DNA from: an uncultured bacterium
GTDB taxonomy: Bacteria; Margulisbacteria; WOR-1; CAVSGV01
Length of the DNA stretch: 32,000 nt
Direction of reading: 5' to 3'
Assembly: GCA_963699255.1 (NCBI GenBank)
Contig: OY969425.1
Span: 1,470,001-1,502,000, forward strand
The position numbers and the translations under genes were made by a program. Positions 8,084-16,727 of the stretch are shown here, piece after piece. The number at the start of each line of letters is the position of its first letter. The stretch's first letter is position 1. The notes under the pieces are model-generated. The model was not told where the DNA came from, made no database searches, and saw nothing but the letters and a program-made list of their open reading frames with translations.

Positions 8084-8374
8084 ATGGCTGAAAATGAAAA
8101 AAAGGTTGTAGTTAAGGAAAAAGTAGTTAAGGAAAAAAAAGTTGGAATTGTAGAGCATTACTTCGGGAAGATCGGAGTTGCGGCCATAAAGATCAAGGGC
8201 GAAATGAAAGTAGGGGACATCATTCACATAAAGGGACACACGACCGATTTTGATCAAACGGTCGATTCAATGCAGATCGAGCACGAGAGCGTCCAAAAAG
8301 TCAAAAAAGGCGACGATGTAGGCATAAAGGTAAAGGATCACGTCAGGGAAGGCGACGTAGTTTTCATAAAATAA
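8084..8374 (+). CDS. small beta-barrel protein resembling EF-Tu domain 2 (translation elongation factor-like protein)
   Basis: 96-aa ORF with a good SD. The core VGIVEHYFGKIGVAAIKI.GE.KVGD.IHIKG...Q.V.SMQIEH..V...KKGD.VGIKV resembles GTP_EFTU_D2-type barrels. The lysine-rich N-terminus carries a 15-bp duplication. Confidence 0.5.
   Translation: MAENEKKVVVKEKVVKEKKVGIVEHYFGKIGVAAIKIKGEMKVGDIIHIKGHTTDFDQTVDSMQIEHESVQKVKKGDDVGIKVKDHVREGDVVFIK
8108..8137 (+). repeat. perfect 15-bp in-frame tandem duplication (gtagttaaggaaaaa x2, VVKEK-VVKEK)
   Basis: 8108-8122 is identical to 8123-8137 and the units start on a codon boundary. Confidence 0.9.
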
Positions 8375-8395
8375 GTCAGGAAAACACCCACAACT

Positions 8396-9640
8396 TTGAA
8401 AAGCCTCGAACTTAAATACGGAAGCGGCAGAATATCCTTAAAACTGGATGAAGGAAGTATCCTTTCAGTTCTGTCCGGCAAAAAGATCATGCCTCTTTCG
8501 AACCCCGGGGAAAAGATCAAAAAAGTCCTGAAATATCCCATATCGTCCGCCAGCCTGTATGAAACATTCGTGCCGGGCGAGAAGGTCGCGATAGTCGTGT
8601 CTGACAGGACAAGGAACACCGCCGCTTCCGTTTTTCTCCCGATACTCATCAACGAACTTAACTCCGTCGGGATCGCTGACAGGGATATTTTCATCGTTTT
8701 CGCCTGCGGGACCCACAGACTGCACACAAAGGCGGAGCATATGAAAATAGTGGGGGAGGATGTCGCCGGAAGGGTGACGCTCCTTGACCATGACTGCAGG
8801 GACAACAATGATCTTGTCATGCTGGGCACCACTTCAAGAGGCACGAAAGTTGAGGTCAACAAAAAAGTCGCCGAGGCGGACAGGATCATTTTGACCGGCG
8901 CGATAACATATCATTATTTTGCGGGATATGGCGGAGGCAGAAAAGCGGTCCTGCCGGGGATCTCCGCGTTCCAGACCATCCAGGCGAACCACAAACTTTG
9001 CCTGATGAGCGAAAAGGCAAGCACGGGCGTGCTTTCCGGCAATCTCGTCCATGAGGACATGATCGAGGCCGCAAAGAGGCTCGACCCCGATATGATCTTC
9101 AATGTGATCCTGGACGACATAGGGCGAATATCCGCTGTTTTTGCGGGGGACCTTGTTGCCGCTCACGAAGCGGGATGCGAGGCGCTTGACAGCAATTATA
9201 AGGTCAAGGTCGGAAAAAGATCGAAGTTCGTCATCGCTTCCGCGGGCGGTGGCTTGAAAGACCTTAATTTTGTCCAGTCGCATAAAGCGATGGATAACGC
9301 CTCCCGTGTTCTTGAGGAGGGCGGCACGATGGTCCTGCTCGGCGAGTCTTCCGAGGGATTCCCTTCCGGCGCATATATGAAATACGTCGATCTTGGCTCT
9401 GCAAGGGCGATCGAAGAAGATCTGAATAGGGATTTCACCATTCCGGGGCACACTATCCTTTCGGCTTTTAAAAAAGCGGAGAGGTTCAATATAATCTGGG
9501 TGTCAAAGCTTGAAAAGGAAGTTGTCAGGAAGATCGGTATCGTGCCCGCCGATAACATGGCGGAAGCGATGAATTTGGCTGGAGAGGCGGGACCGGCTTA
9601 TATCATGCCTGATGCTTACAACACCTTCCCGGTGGTGTAA
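8396..9640 (+). CDS. LarA-family (DUF2088) nickel-pincer-cofactor-dependent racemase/epimerase homolog
   Basis: 414-aa ORF with a TTG start. It has SDRTR, ACGTHR and HYFAGYGGGRKAVLPGISAFQTIQANH. The H-10-K-16-H spacing matches LarA His174/Lys184/His200 as I recall them. Confidence 0.7.
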   Translation: MKSLELKYGSGRISLKLDEGSILSVLSGKKIMPLSNPGEKIKKVLKYPISSASLYETFVPGEKVAIVVSDRTRNTAASVFLPILINELNSVGIADRDIFIVFACGTHRLHTKAEHMKIVGEDVAGRVTLLDHDCRDNNDLVMLGTTSRGTKVEVNKKVAEADRIILTGAITYHYFAGYGGGRKAVLPGISAFQTIQANHKLCLMSEKASTGVLSGNLVHEDMIEAAKRLDPDMIFNVILDDIGRISAVFAGDLVAAHEAGCEALDSNYKVKVGKRSKFVIASAGGGLKDLNFVQSHKAMDNASRVLEEGGTMVLLGESSEGFPSGAYMKYVDLGSARAIEEDLNRDFTIPGHTILSAFKKAERFNIIWVSKLEKEVVRKIGIVPADNMAEAMNLAGEAGPAYIMPDAYNTFPVV

Positions 9641-9753
9641 TGACAAATGCCCAATGACAAATATCAAATTAATGACCAAATCCCAATAATATTATTATAA
9701 TTGGGAATTGAAAATTGGGAATTATTTTGGAATTGGTAATTGGTGATTGGAAA
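9641..9753. repeat. convergent intergenic repeat field: AATGAC(A/C)AAT / CCAAATCCCAAT units on the left and their complements (AATTGGGAATT, ATTGGAAATT) on the right
   Basis: Read directly. The central hairpin is tcccaat (9681-9687) / attggga (9700-9706). AATGACCAAATCCCAA at 9671-9686 is identical to valS 24326-24341. Confidence 0.7.
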
Positions 9754-10479
9754 TTAAATCGAAACTATCTTCAGGGTCCCCCACGCTCCCATCACTTCAT
9801 TCTTAATGATGAGCACGCCGTGAAGACCCCTGATCTTTTTTGCGATATTAAGGCCTTCTTCTATCGTTTCTTCGCTGTTCACCACATTCCCAATGGCGGT
9901 CGCTGCCGCGTCCGCAAGGGCGCACGATCTGGCCGTGACGAGCACGGCGTCGGCTGTCCCGAAAGAAACGGAGTGTCCCACTGTTCCCGCGGAGGTGCAG
10001 ATGCCAAGGGGAGTATCTTGAGGCGAAATCTCTATCGCTATCTTTTCAGAGAACGGGGATTTTCCGGCGTAAACGCCTATCCGTCTTGGCTTGCTGGTCT
10101 TAACGAATATGTCGCCGCCGTTCTCAACGATCACGTCCTTTGAATATTTCAGGAGGCTTTTTCCGACGGTTTCGGCTATGGCGCCCGCCACGGAAGCCAT
10201 GGGTCCCACGTTTGCGCGTTTCGCGGCCCATGACATCAATCTTATTATTTTTGGAGAGAAGAAAGAAACCGGATACGGTCTGAAAGTCTTAACGAACTTA
10301 GGGTTTTTCTCGATGTAATCTTCGAGTTCCCTTCTTTCTTTTTTAAGTATTTCGTGAGCGGGGCCGGTAAGGGCTTTTTCCGCAAGAACAAGGAGATCAG
10401 ATTCCTTTTCTATTACGGCGCTCCTTACCAATCCTTTCGCGCTTATCAGCTTCCTGTATTTGAATTCCTGCGTTTTCAT
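9754..10479 (-). CDS. UPF0280 / ApbE-like superfamily protein (COG2122-like)
   Basis: ORF on the minus strand. It has GPMA.VAGA.AE, ENGGDI and a C-terminal ADA.ATA.GN block typical of the UPF0280 family. I prefer the ATG at 10479 (MKTQEF...); an upstream TTG at 10488 is possible. Confidence 0.6.
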   Translation of the reverse strand: MKTQEFKYRKLISAKGLVRSAVIEKESDLLVLAEKALTGPAHEILKKERRELEDYIEKNPKFVKTFRPYPVSFFSPKIIRLMSWAAKRANVGPMASVAGAIAETVGKSLLKYSKDVIVENGGDIFVKTSKPRRIGVYAGKSPFSEKIAIEISPQDTPLGICTSAGTVGHSVSFGTADAVLVTARSCALADAAATAIGNVVNSEETIEEGLNIAKKIRGLHGVLIIKNEVMGAWGTLKIVSI

Positions 10480-10487
10480 GAAGTTCA

Positions 10488-10508
10488 ATTATACATATAT
10501 GTTATAAT
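10488..10508. promoter_or_regulatory. back-to-back -10 boxes in a 36-bp divergent intergenic region (minus-strand TATAAT at 10493-10488; plus-strand TGtTATAAT at 10500-10508)
   Basis: The hexamers end 8 nt and 7 nt upstream of the respective ATGs (10479 minus, 10516 plus). Neither gene has an SD. Confidence 0.4.
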
Positions 10509-10515
10509 CCAGTCA

Positions 10516-11244
10516 ATGAATGTAGGGATCTTAGCCGATATACACGGCAACCTGGAAGCGTTGAGATCGGTCCTTATCGCCCTGAAAGACATTTCACTCT
10601 GTGTCTGCGCCGGGGATATAGTCGGATACGGCCCGAACCCGAACGAATGCATCGAGATCATCAGGGACCTGAAATGCGAAACTGTTGCCGGGAACAACGA
10701 TCTCGCCTCTGTCGGCAGGCTCGATACAGCCCTGTTCAACAGCGAGGCCGCGGAGTCGATCCTCTGGACATCCGGCGTCCTGACGGCGGATAACAGGAAA
10801 TTCCTGGAGGGCCTGCCTGAATATATGGAAACGGCTGATTATGAGATCGTCCACGGCAGCCTTCGCGATCCTATTGAAGAGTATATTACGAACATTCCCA
10901 CCGGAGCCGCGACCATCGAACTCATGAAAAAGGACATATGTTTTGTTGGGCACCTTCACATACCACTGGTGATTGTAAAGGACAGAGAGGGAAAATACGA
11001 CGGCTGGCAGCTGAGTGACGGCGATGTGATCGACGCTTCAAAGTTCGATAAGGTCGTCATAAACGTCGGCGCCGTGGGTCAGCCCCGCGACATGGACGCG
11101 AGAGCGAGTTTCGGCGTATTCGATACCGAGGCAAAGACCGTCGAAATAAGAAAGGTTGAATATAACATCGCAGCGGTCCAGGAAAAGATGAGAAAAGCGG
11201 ATCTTCCTGATTTCCTGATAGAGCGGCTTAAGTATGGGAGATGA
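10516..11244 (+). CDS. metallophosphoesterase (YfcE/MJ0936-like calcineurin-type phosphoesterase)
   Basis: Homology begins at MNVGILADIHGNLEAL. GDIVGYGP, GNND, HGS and GH.H motifs follow. The longer track ORF (from 10354) overlaps the divergent gene and is unlikely to be real. Confidence 0.8.
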   Translation: MNVGILADIHGNLEALRSVLIALKDISLCVCAGDIVGYGPNPNECIEIIRDLKCETVAGNNDLASVGRLDTALFNSEAAESILWTSGVLTADNRKFLEGLPEYMETADYEIVHGSLRDPIEEYITNIPTGAATIELMKKDICFVGHLHIPLVIVKDREGKYDGWQLSDGDVIDASKFDKVVINVGAVGQPRDMDARASFGVFDTEAKTVEIRKVEYNIAAVQEKMRKADLPDFLIERLKYGR

Positions 11245-11291
11245 TTAGTTTATCACTATCGCAGGTTTCCTAGTCTTTTCCTGATAGCTCT

Positions 11292-11699
11292 TTACAGGAC
11301 TCCTTTTGTGGACGGAACTCCTTTTTTCCTCGGATCGATCGCGCAGGCCTTTGACAGCGTAACGGCGAAAGCCTTGAAGATGGATTCTATTATGTGATGC
11401 ATGTTCCCGCCGCGGATCAGGTTGACATGGACCGTAACGCCGGCGTTCAGGCTGAAAGCCTCAAAGAACTCTTTTACCACTTCAACATCGAAGTCAATGA
11501 ACTTCGTCTTTGTTATCGGGACATTGTAAGTGAGGTGCGGCCGTCCGCTTATATCGATAATGACTTCCGTCAAAGCTTCGTCCATGGGGACCTTTGATTC
11601 GCCGTACCTGACTATGCCTTCTTTGTTCCCCAGAGCTTCCCTGAATGCCTGTCCCATGCAGATCCCCAACATCTTCAACGGTATGGTGGTAATCGACAT
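11292..11699 (-). CDS. hisB: imidazoleglycerol-phosphate dehydratase, C-terminal part (gene interrupted by an apparent frameshift)
   Basis: [35 protein letters not shown]...HH..ES.FKA is the HisB core. Homology in this frame starts near 11667. Confidence 0.8.
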   Translation of the reverse strand: MSITTIPLKMLGICMGQAFREALGNKEGIVRYGESKVPMDEALTEVIIDISGRPHLTYNVPITKTKFIDFDVEVVKEFFEAFSLNAGVTVHVNLIRGGNMHHIIESIFKAFAVTLSKACAIDPRKKGVPSTKGVL

Positions 11700-11883
11700 T
11701 TATGTCGCCTTTAGCTGTAAGCTTCAGATCAAATATCCCGTGTTTCGCGAAGAGGGTTAGCATATGGTCAAAAAATGGAATGCCGGTCTTTACGCTGCCT
11801 TTCCCCTTGCCGTCGATGTTCAGGGAGAGAGATATGTTCGTTTCGCCTGTTTTTCGAAGTACCTTTGCGGTGCGTTTCGGCAT
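11494..11883 (-). CDS. hisB: imidazoleglycerol-phosphate dehydratase, N-terminal part (homologous only from 11883 down to about 11665)
   Basis: [18 protein letters not shown]...[20 protein letters not shown]...[13 protein letters not shown] is the HisB N-terminus. The frame then drifts into non-homologous sequence after a C4 run (11664-11667, plus strand). Confidence 0.8.
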   Translation of the reverse strand: MPKRTAKVLRKTGETNISLSLNIDGKGKGSVKTGIPFFDHMLTLFAKHGIFDLKLTAKGDINVDYHHTVEDVGDLHGTGIQGSSGEQRRHSQVRRIKGPHGRSFDGSHYRYKRTAAPHLQCPDNKDEVH

Positions 11884-12150
11884 TTATTTCTTTTCGCCTT
11901 TCAATAGACCCTCATCGTTCTTAAGCTTATTTTCAAGTTCCCTGATATTTCCAAGCATCCTGGCTTCTTCGGCTGCAGATACTATGCCCGTGAAAATGAT
12001 CCCGATCAATATCGATATCAGTATCACCAGCGAAAGAGAGACCTGAAAGCTCCAGATAAAGATGGAGACCGTGACCATTTGTGAATTAGCCAGAGCGAAC
12101 CAGGTGAAGATGATGGCGAGAATTATGGCGGTGATCAGACTTCTCATCAT
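11884..12150 (-). CDS. LapA-domain (DUF1049) small inner-membrane protein
   Basis: 88-aa ORF with two TM helices followed by a short coiled/charged tail (EEARMLGNIRELENKLKNDE), the typical LapA_dom layout. SD ggag lies upstream. Confidence 0.55.
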   Translation of the reverse strand: MMRSLITAIILAIIFTWFALANSQMVTVSIFIWSFQVSLSLVILISILIGIIFTGIVSAAEEARMLGNIRELENKLKNDEGLLKGEKK

Positions 12151-12175
12151 ATTATTTCTCCTTTCGGGACAAGCA

Positions 12176-12204
12176 ATTATAGTATTTGTTGACAGTTAAT
12201 ACAA
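12176..12204 (-). promoter_or_regulatory. putative promoter (TTGTAT-17 nt-TATAAT on the minus strand) for the lapA-like/hisB unit
   Basis: The reverse complement of 12176-12181 is TATAAT and of 12199-12204 is TTGTAT. It lies just downstream of the ruvB stop. Confidence 0.35.
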
Positions 12205-12205
12205 T

Positions 12206-13228
12206 TCATTGGAATAGCTTCGGCTGTTTCCCTTTTTTCTCTATCCCCAGATGCTTGTACGCAGCGTCGGTCGCGACCCTCCCGCGGGGCGTCCTCTCCA
12301 TGAAGCCGATCTGCATAAGATACGGTTCGTACACGTCTTCGATGGTTTCCGACTCTTCCGATATCGAAGCCGCAAGGGTCTCAATTCCTACGGGACCTCC
12401 GCTGAATTTCTCGATGATGGTCTTCAGGAGTTTCCTGTCGACGTGATCCAGGCCTGTTTGGTCTATGTCCAGGTTATTGAGGGCCAGCTTCGTTATTTCC
12501 AGGTCTATGTTGCCGTGCGATTTTACCTGGCTGTAATCCCTGACCCTTCTGAGTATCCGGTTGGCTATCCTCGGCGTTCCGCGGGACCTTTTCGCTATCT
12601 CGCCGGCGCTTTCATCGCTTATCTTTACGCCGAGCACATCCGAAGAATGCCTGATGATGACTTCCAGTTCCTTTACGGTATAAAATTCCAGCCTGGCGAT
12701 AACGCCGAACCTGTCGCGCAGAGGGGATGTCAGTTGCCCGGCCCTTGTTGTCGCCCCGATCAGCGTGAACTTGGGCAGGTCAAGCCGGATCGATCTGGCG
12801 GAAGGACCCTTGCCGATGACTATATCCAGGCCGAAATCCTCCATAGCGGGATACAGGACCTCCTCGACGACGCGGTTAAGGCGATGGATCTCGTCAATGA
12901 ACAGAATATCAAAGTCTTTCAGGTTCGTTAATATGGCAGCGAGATCGCCGGGCCGCTCTATCGCCGGGCCGGAAGATATCTTTATGTTAACGCCCATTTC
13001 GTTCGCGATGATGTTCGCGAGGGTCGTCTTCCCGAGCCCCGGCGGTCCGTAAAGAAGTATGTGTTCGAGCGCCTCGCCCCTTTTCCTGGCCGCTTCCATG
13101 TGAATGACAAGGCTTTCCTTTATCTTTTCCTGCCCTATGAAGTTCGAAAGATTTTTGGGCCTCAGGCCTACAAAAGCCAGATCTTCATCTTTTCGATCAA
13201 CCGTTATTATTCTTTCCGCTTCTTTCAA
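12206..13228 (-). CDS. ruvB: Holliday junction branch migration DNA helicase RuvB
   Basis: 340-aa ORF with a TTG start, Walker [10 protein letters not shown], Walker [10 protein letters not shown], and RTPRGR in the C-terminal winged helix. Confidence 0.95.
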   Translation of the reverse strand: MKEAERIITVDRKDEDLAFVGLRPKNLSNFIGQEKIKESLVIHMEAARKRGEALEHILLYGPPGLGKTTLANIIANEMGVNIKISSGPAIERPGDLAAILTNLKDFDILFIDEIHRLNRVVEEVLYPAMEDFGLDIVIGKGPSARSIRLDLPKFTLIGATTRAGQLTSPLRDRFGVIARLEFYTVKELEVIIRHSSDVLGVKISDESAGEIAKRSRGTPRIANRILRRVRDYSQVKSHGNIDLEITKLALNNLDIDQTGLDHVDRKLLKTIIEKFSGGPVGIETLAASISEESETIEDVYEPYLMQIGFMERTPRGRVATDAAYKHLGIEKKGKQPKLFQ

Positions 13229-13232
13229 TATA

Positions 13233-15542
13233 TCACCCTTTTACCGGGACATGAGGAAGATCTTCGCTGTAATGCCTTTTGTATTCATAATAACTTTTCA
13301 TCACTTTCTGGACGTAACGCCTTGTTTCAGAAAGGGGGATGCTTTCCACGAATTCATCTATGTCGATGTTCGGGCCCACTTCCCTCCACCATTTGTTCAT
13401 CCATTTTTGCACTCTTACAGGCCCGCCGTTATAAGCGGCCAGCGCAAGTGACGGATCATTATTGAATCTTTTAAGCAGTTGGGAGAGGTAATAACATCCC
13501 ATCTTTATATTCGTGTCCGGATCATGGAGCCTGCTTGTATAATAAGGATTTATTCCGATCAGCCGGGCAAGGCTGCGTCCGGTCGGAGGGATGATCTGCA
13601 TCAAGCCGCGCGCGTGCGCCCATGAAAGAGTTTGCGGGTTGAACCGGCTTTCTTCCCTTATGACCGCCAGCACAAGGCTTTTATCCACCCCGAATTGGTC
13701 CGCGTATTCGCTTACAAATTTATAATAACCTTTCGGGTAGGCGAGATGCCACAGGGCCGCCGGCAGCTGACCCGAAGTGCCGGATATTATCGCGTTATTG
13801 CAAAGCGTTTCCGCATAAACGATCGATTCCCTTATTTGTCCGGCCGCAAGGTGAGCTGTCGCGAGGGCGAGTTTTGCCGACATTTTCTTGTCTTCGGGAG
13901 AGACCGCGACAAGCACCTCGGCTTCTTTTGCGGCTTCATCATAGAAACCTATGGCCATCAGCTCAGAATATTTCTTGAAATGTTCCCTTGCGTCAATTGC
14001 CTTGACAGGAGGGGACTCCCTTGTGGCTGTTTGGTCATCCACTCCGGGCTCGAAAGGCAGAGGTTCTTCAAGGAAATCACGGCCCTCGGGAAGAGGGGTT
14101 TCGGCGAACGGCCCTTCGCCTATGGCACTGATGGTTTCGTTATCGGGAGCTCCTCCGCTCGGTTCGATGTTTGGAACGCCAAGGGATGCCAGCTTTTCCC
14201 TTGCTCTGTAGCTGTAATAAGTATGGTCAAATCTTCCCATGACGAACTGATATGAGGATATAGCATCCAGCTTATTCCCCATTTTTTCCTGCGCCATCGC
14301 TTTCCAGTACGCGCACGCGTCAAGCCAGTCACCGCTTGAGCATGACCATATGGCTTTTGAGAAGGCGTCGCAGGCCCTGGAATAATCCTTTCTGAAATAA
14401 TAGATCCTCCCCATCCTCCAGTAAGCGTCATCCAGAAATTCGCTTTTCGGGAACTGTTCAACAAAGTGGTTGTAGTAAGACAGCGCGGTATCCTTGAAGC
14501 CGTTGGTTTCATAATAATATCCTATGTAATATGCGGCATCGTCGGCGTACTGCGAGTTCGGATAATTGGTCACCACCTTGGCAAGGCTGTCCAGCGCCTG
14601 ATAAAAATATCCCGCCTTGCCGTACGCGAACGCCAGATAGAATTGCGCGGCATCGGCAAAATCCCCGTTCTGTCTTATGCAGAGCTTGAACATTGATACC
14701 GCCGAGCTCAGTCTTTTTCTTTTATAATCGCAAAGGCCCAGTTTGAAAAGCGCCTCTTCCCAGAGGTTGCTTTTCCTGTAGTTCGTTACTATCGTTTGGA
14801 GGGTGACCCCGGCGGATCCAAAATCCCCGTAATTATAATAGATCAGGGCTTTGTTGTAGAGATCTTCCGCGGATGCGGCGCCGGGATATATCTTATACCT
14901 GCCCGACAGGTACTTTATCCTTGCGACCGCTTCCTTTACAAGCGGGCTCAGCGGATGGTAAAGGTTCACTTCGTGATATGCTTTTATCGCCTCCGCAGGC
15001 TTACCGGCTTTTTCGTAACACTTCCCGAGATCGAGCCTCGCCCTGTCAAGCGGGGTAAGATAGGAGCCCTCCGATATGAGAGTTTTGTATATCTCTATGG
15101 CATCCTGTACTTTTCCCGTCATAAAAAGGCACTCCGCCAGCCTGATATCCGCGTCGGATTTTAGCGCGCTGTCGGAAAAGATATCCTTGTAGCAACTGTA
15201 TGCTTCATCATACTGTTTATTGTTGAAATATATTTCCCCAAGATAGAATTTGGCATAATCGAAAAGCGGAAAATCGGGCCTGACGGAGAGGGGCCTGAAA
15301 ATATCCTCTGCCTGCTTGGCATCTCCCTTTTTAGCCAGGCATTGCGCCTTAAGGAACAGCGCCCTGTTCGTCCACGGGTCTTGCGCATCGGAGATCAGCT
15401 TGTTCAGTTCAAAGATGGAGTCATCGAAGAATTTCCATTTGTACAGCGTGATGGCGCGATCCATTGTAGTATTGCTTGCACAAAACGACTGCACGGAAAG
15501 CAATAAGCCGAGAAACGCGAAAAAAAGTATGATCTTCTTCAT
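13233..15542 (-). CDS. secreted TPR-repeat soluble lytic transglycosylase (Slt/GH23 family)
   Basis: 769-aa ORF with a signal peptide ([22 protein letters not shown]), many TPR-like repeats, and a C-terminal SLT domain with EESRFNP...ARGLMQI and AYNGGP. Confidence 0.85.
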   Translation of the reverse strand: MKKIILFFAFLGLLLSVQSFCASNTTMDRAITLYKWKFFDDSIFELNKLISDAQDPWTNRALFLKAQCLAKKGDAKQAEDIFRPLSVRPDFPLFDYAKFYLGEIYFNNKQYDEAYSCYKDIFSDSALKSDADIRLAECLFMTGKVQDAIEIYKTLISEGSYLTPLDRARLDLGKCYEKAGKPAEAIKAYHEVNLYHPLSPLVKEAVARIKYLSGRYKIYPGAASAEDLYNKALIYYNYGDFGSAGVTLQTIVTNYRKSNLWEEALFKLGLCDYKRKRLSSAVSMFKLCIRQNGDFADAAQFYLAFAYGKAGYFYQALDSLAKVVTNYPNSQYADDAAYYIGYYYETNGFKDTALSYYNHFVEQFPKSEFLDDAYWRMGRIYYFRKDYSRACDAFSKAIWSCSSGDWLDACAYWKAMAQEKMGNKLDAISSYQFVMGRFDHTYYSYRAREKLASLGVPNIEPSGGAPDNETISAIGEGPFAETPLPEGRDFLEEPLPFEPGVDDQTATRESPPVKAIDAREHFKKYSELMAIGFYDEAAKEAEVLVAVSPEDKKMSAKLALATAHLAAGQIRESIVYAETLCNNAIISGTSGQLPAALWHLAYPKGYYKFVSEYADQFGVDKSLVLAVIREESRFNPQTLSWAHARGLMQIIPPTGRSLARLIGINPYYTSRLHDPDTNIKMGCYYLSQLLKRFNNDPSLALAAYNGGPVRVQKWMNKWWREVGPNIDIDEFVESIPLSETRRYVQKVMKSYYEYKRHYSEDLPHVPVKG

Positions 15543-15562
15543 TTATCCGAATTTTAGCACAG

Positions 15563-16669
15563 TTACGAAGCTTTTGTAAGCGGGGCGTATTTGGCCATAA
15601 GGATCTTTTCTCCGGCTGATTCGAAATTCACCTGGATGATCAGCTCGCTTTTCTCTCCGGATAATCCGACGATCTCTCCCCGGCCGAATTTCGGGTGGTT
15701 GATGGCGTCTCCAACGTTAAAATTGTATTCGATCTCCTCGGCCGGCGCATTTATCTCGATCTTTTCCTGCTTTTTTGCGCTGGCATCCGCCCTTATCAGA
15801 TTCAAGGGTATCTCTTCAAGGAACCTGGACGGCCCGTTGTACCAATTCTCGCCGAATATCAGCCTCTCCTCGGCGGATGTCAGATACAGCCGCTTCTTTG
15901 CCCTTGTCATTCCCACATAGCAGAGGCGGCGCTCCTCCTCCAGTTCCGAGGGTTCCGTCAAACTTCGATAATGAGGGAATATTCCTTCTTCCATTCCTGC
16001 GATGAAAACCACCGGGAACTCCAGCCCCTTGGCTCCGTGAAGCGTCATCAAAGTGACAGCGGGAGCGTTCTCATCCAGCTTATCCATGTCAGTCATCAGG
16101 GAGACCTGCGTCAGGAAGGCGGTCAGCGTATTCTCGGCCGAGTTCTTCTCGAATTCCTTTGCGACGGATATCAGCTCCTTTATGTTCTCGACCCTGCTTA
16201 TTGACTCGGGCGTGGCTTCCAGCTCCAGACGCTGCTTGTAGCCCGATTCATGGATGACCTTTTCGATCATTTCTGACGCCGAAAAATTCGGCAGGTCAAA
16301 CTTGAAGCCGTTGATCGTGTCGACGAACCTCTGCAGAGGTTTCTTCAGCTTTGGCGTCAGTTCCAGGTTATCGATATCCTGGATGACCTCCAGGATCGAC
16401 TTGTTCTCCTTTTCTCCCGACTCCTCAAGCTTTTTCAGCGTCCCCTTGCCGACCCCGTCGATGGTGTTCATTATCAGGCGAGCCGCGCTTATGTTGTCCT
16501 TTGAATTGACCGTCAGTCTGAGGTATGAAAGTATGTCCTTGATCTCCGCTCTCTCGTAGAACTTCACGCCGGACACTATCCTGTAAGGTATGCCCTCCTG
16601 CATGAAGACCTCTTCGAGCACGCGGGACTGGGCGTTAGTCCTGTATAGTACGACAAAATCGTTGTACAT
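15563..16669 (-). CDS. pcrA: ATP-dependent DNA helicase PcrA/UvrD, C-terminal part (gene interrupted by an apparent frameshift)
   Basis: VLYRTNAQSR, TLHGAKGLEFPVVF and YVGMTRAK helicase motifs IV-VI are present, with a C-terminal Tudor-like tail. Confidence 0.85.
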   Translation of the reverse strand: MYNDFVVLYRTNAQSRVLEEVFMQEGIPYRIVSGVKFYERAEIKDILSYLRLTVNSKDNISAARLIMNTIDGVGKGTLKKLEESGEKENKSILEVIQDIDNLELTPKLKKPLQRFVDTINGFKFDLPNFSASEMIEKVIHESGYKQRLELEATPESISRVENIKELISVAKEFEKNSAENTLTAFLTQVSLMTDMDKLDENAPAVTLMTLHGAKGLEFPVVFIAGMEEGIFPHYRSLTEPSELEEERRLCYVGMTRAKKRLYLTSAEERLIFGENWYNGPSRFLEEIPLNLIRADASAKKQEKIEINAPAEEIEYNFNVGDAINHPKFGRGEIVGLSGEKSELIIQVNFESAGEKILMAKYAPLTKAS

Positions 16670-16727
16670 GTACCTGTCCGCCAGCTTCCGTATCTCTCCC
16701 GTGATGTAGCGCGCCTCGCCGTGGGAA

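Noticed and set aside
10354-10515. N-terminal 54-codon extension of the metallophosphoesterase ORF given in the ORF track
   Set aside because: The extension overlaps the divergent UPF0280-like gene on the opposite strand and shows no homology. Family homology begins exactly at MNVGILADIHGN (10516).
12251-12931. 226-aa plus-strand ORF antisense to ruvB, plus similar antisense ORFs inside slt (13632-14255) and the LarA-like gene (8338-8889, 8834-9451)
   Set aside because: All are nested in genes with unambiguous motifs on the other strand, and they lack start contexts and recognisable domains.
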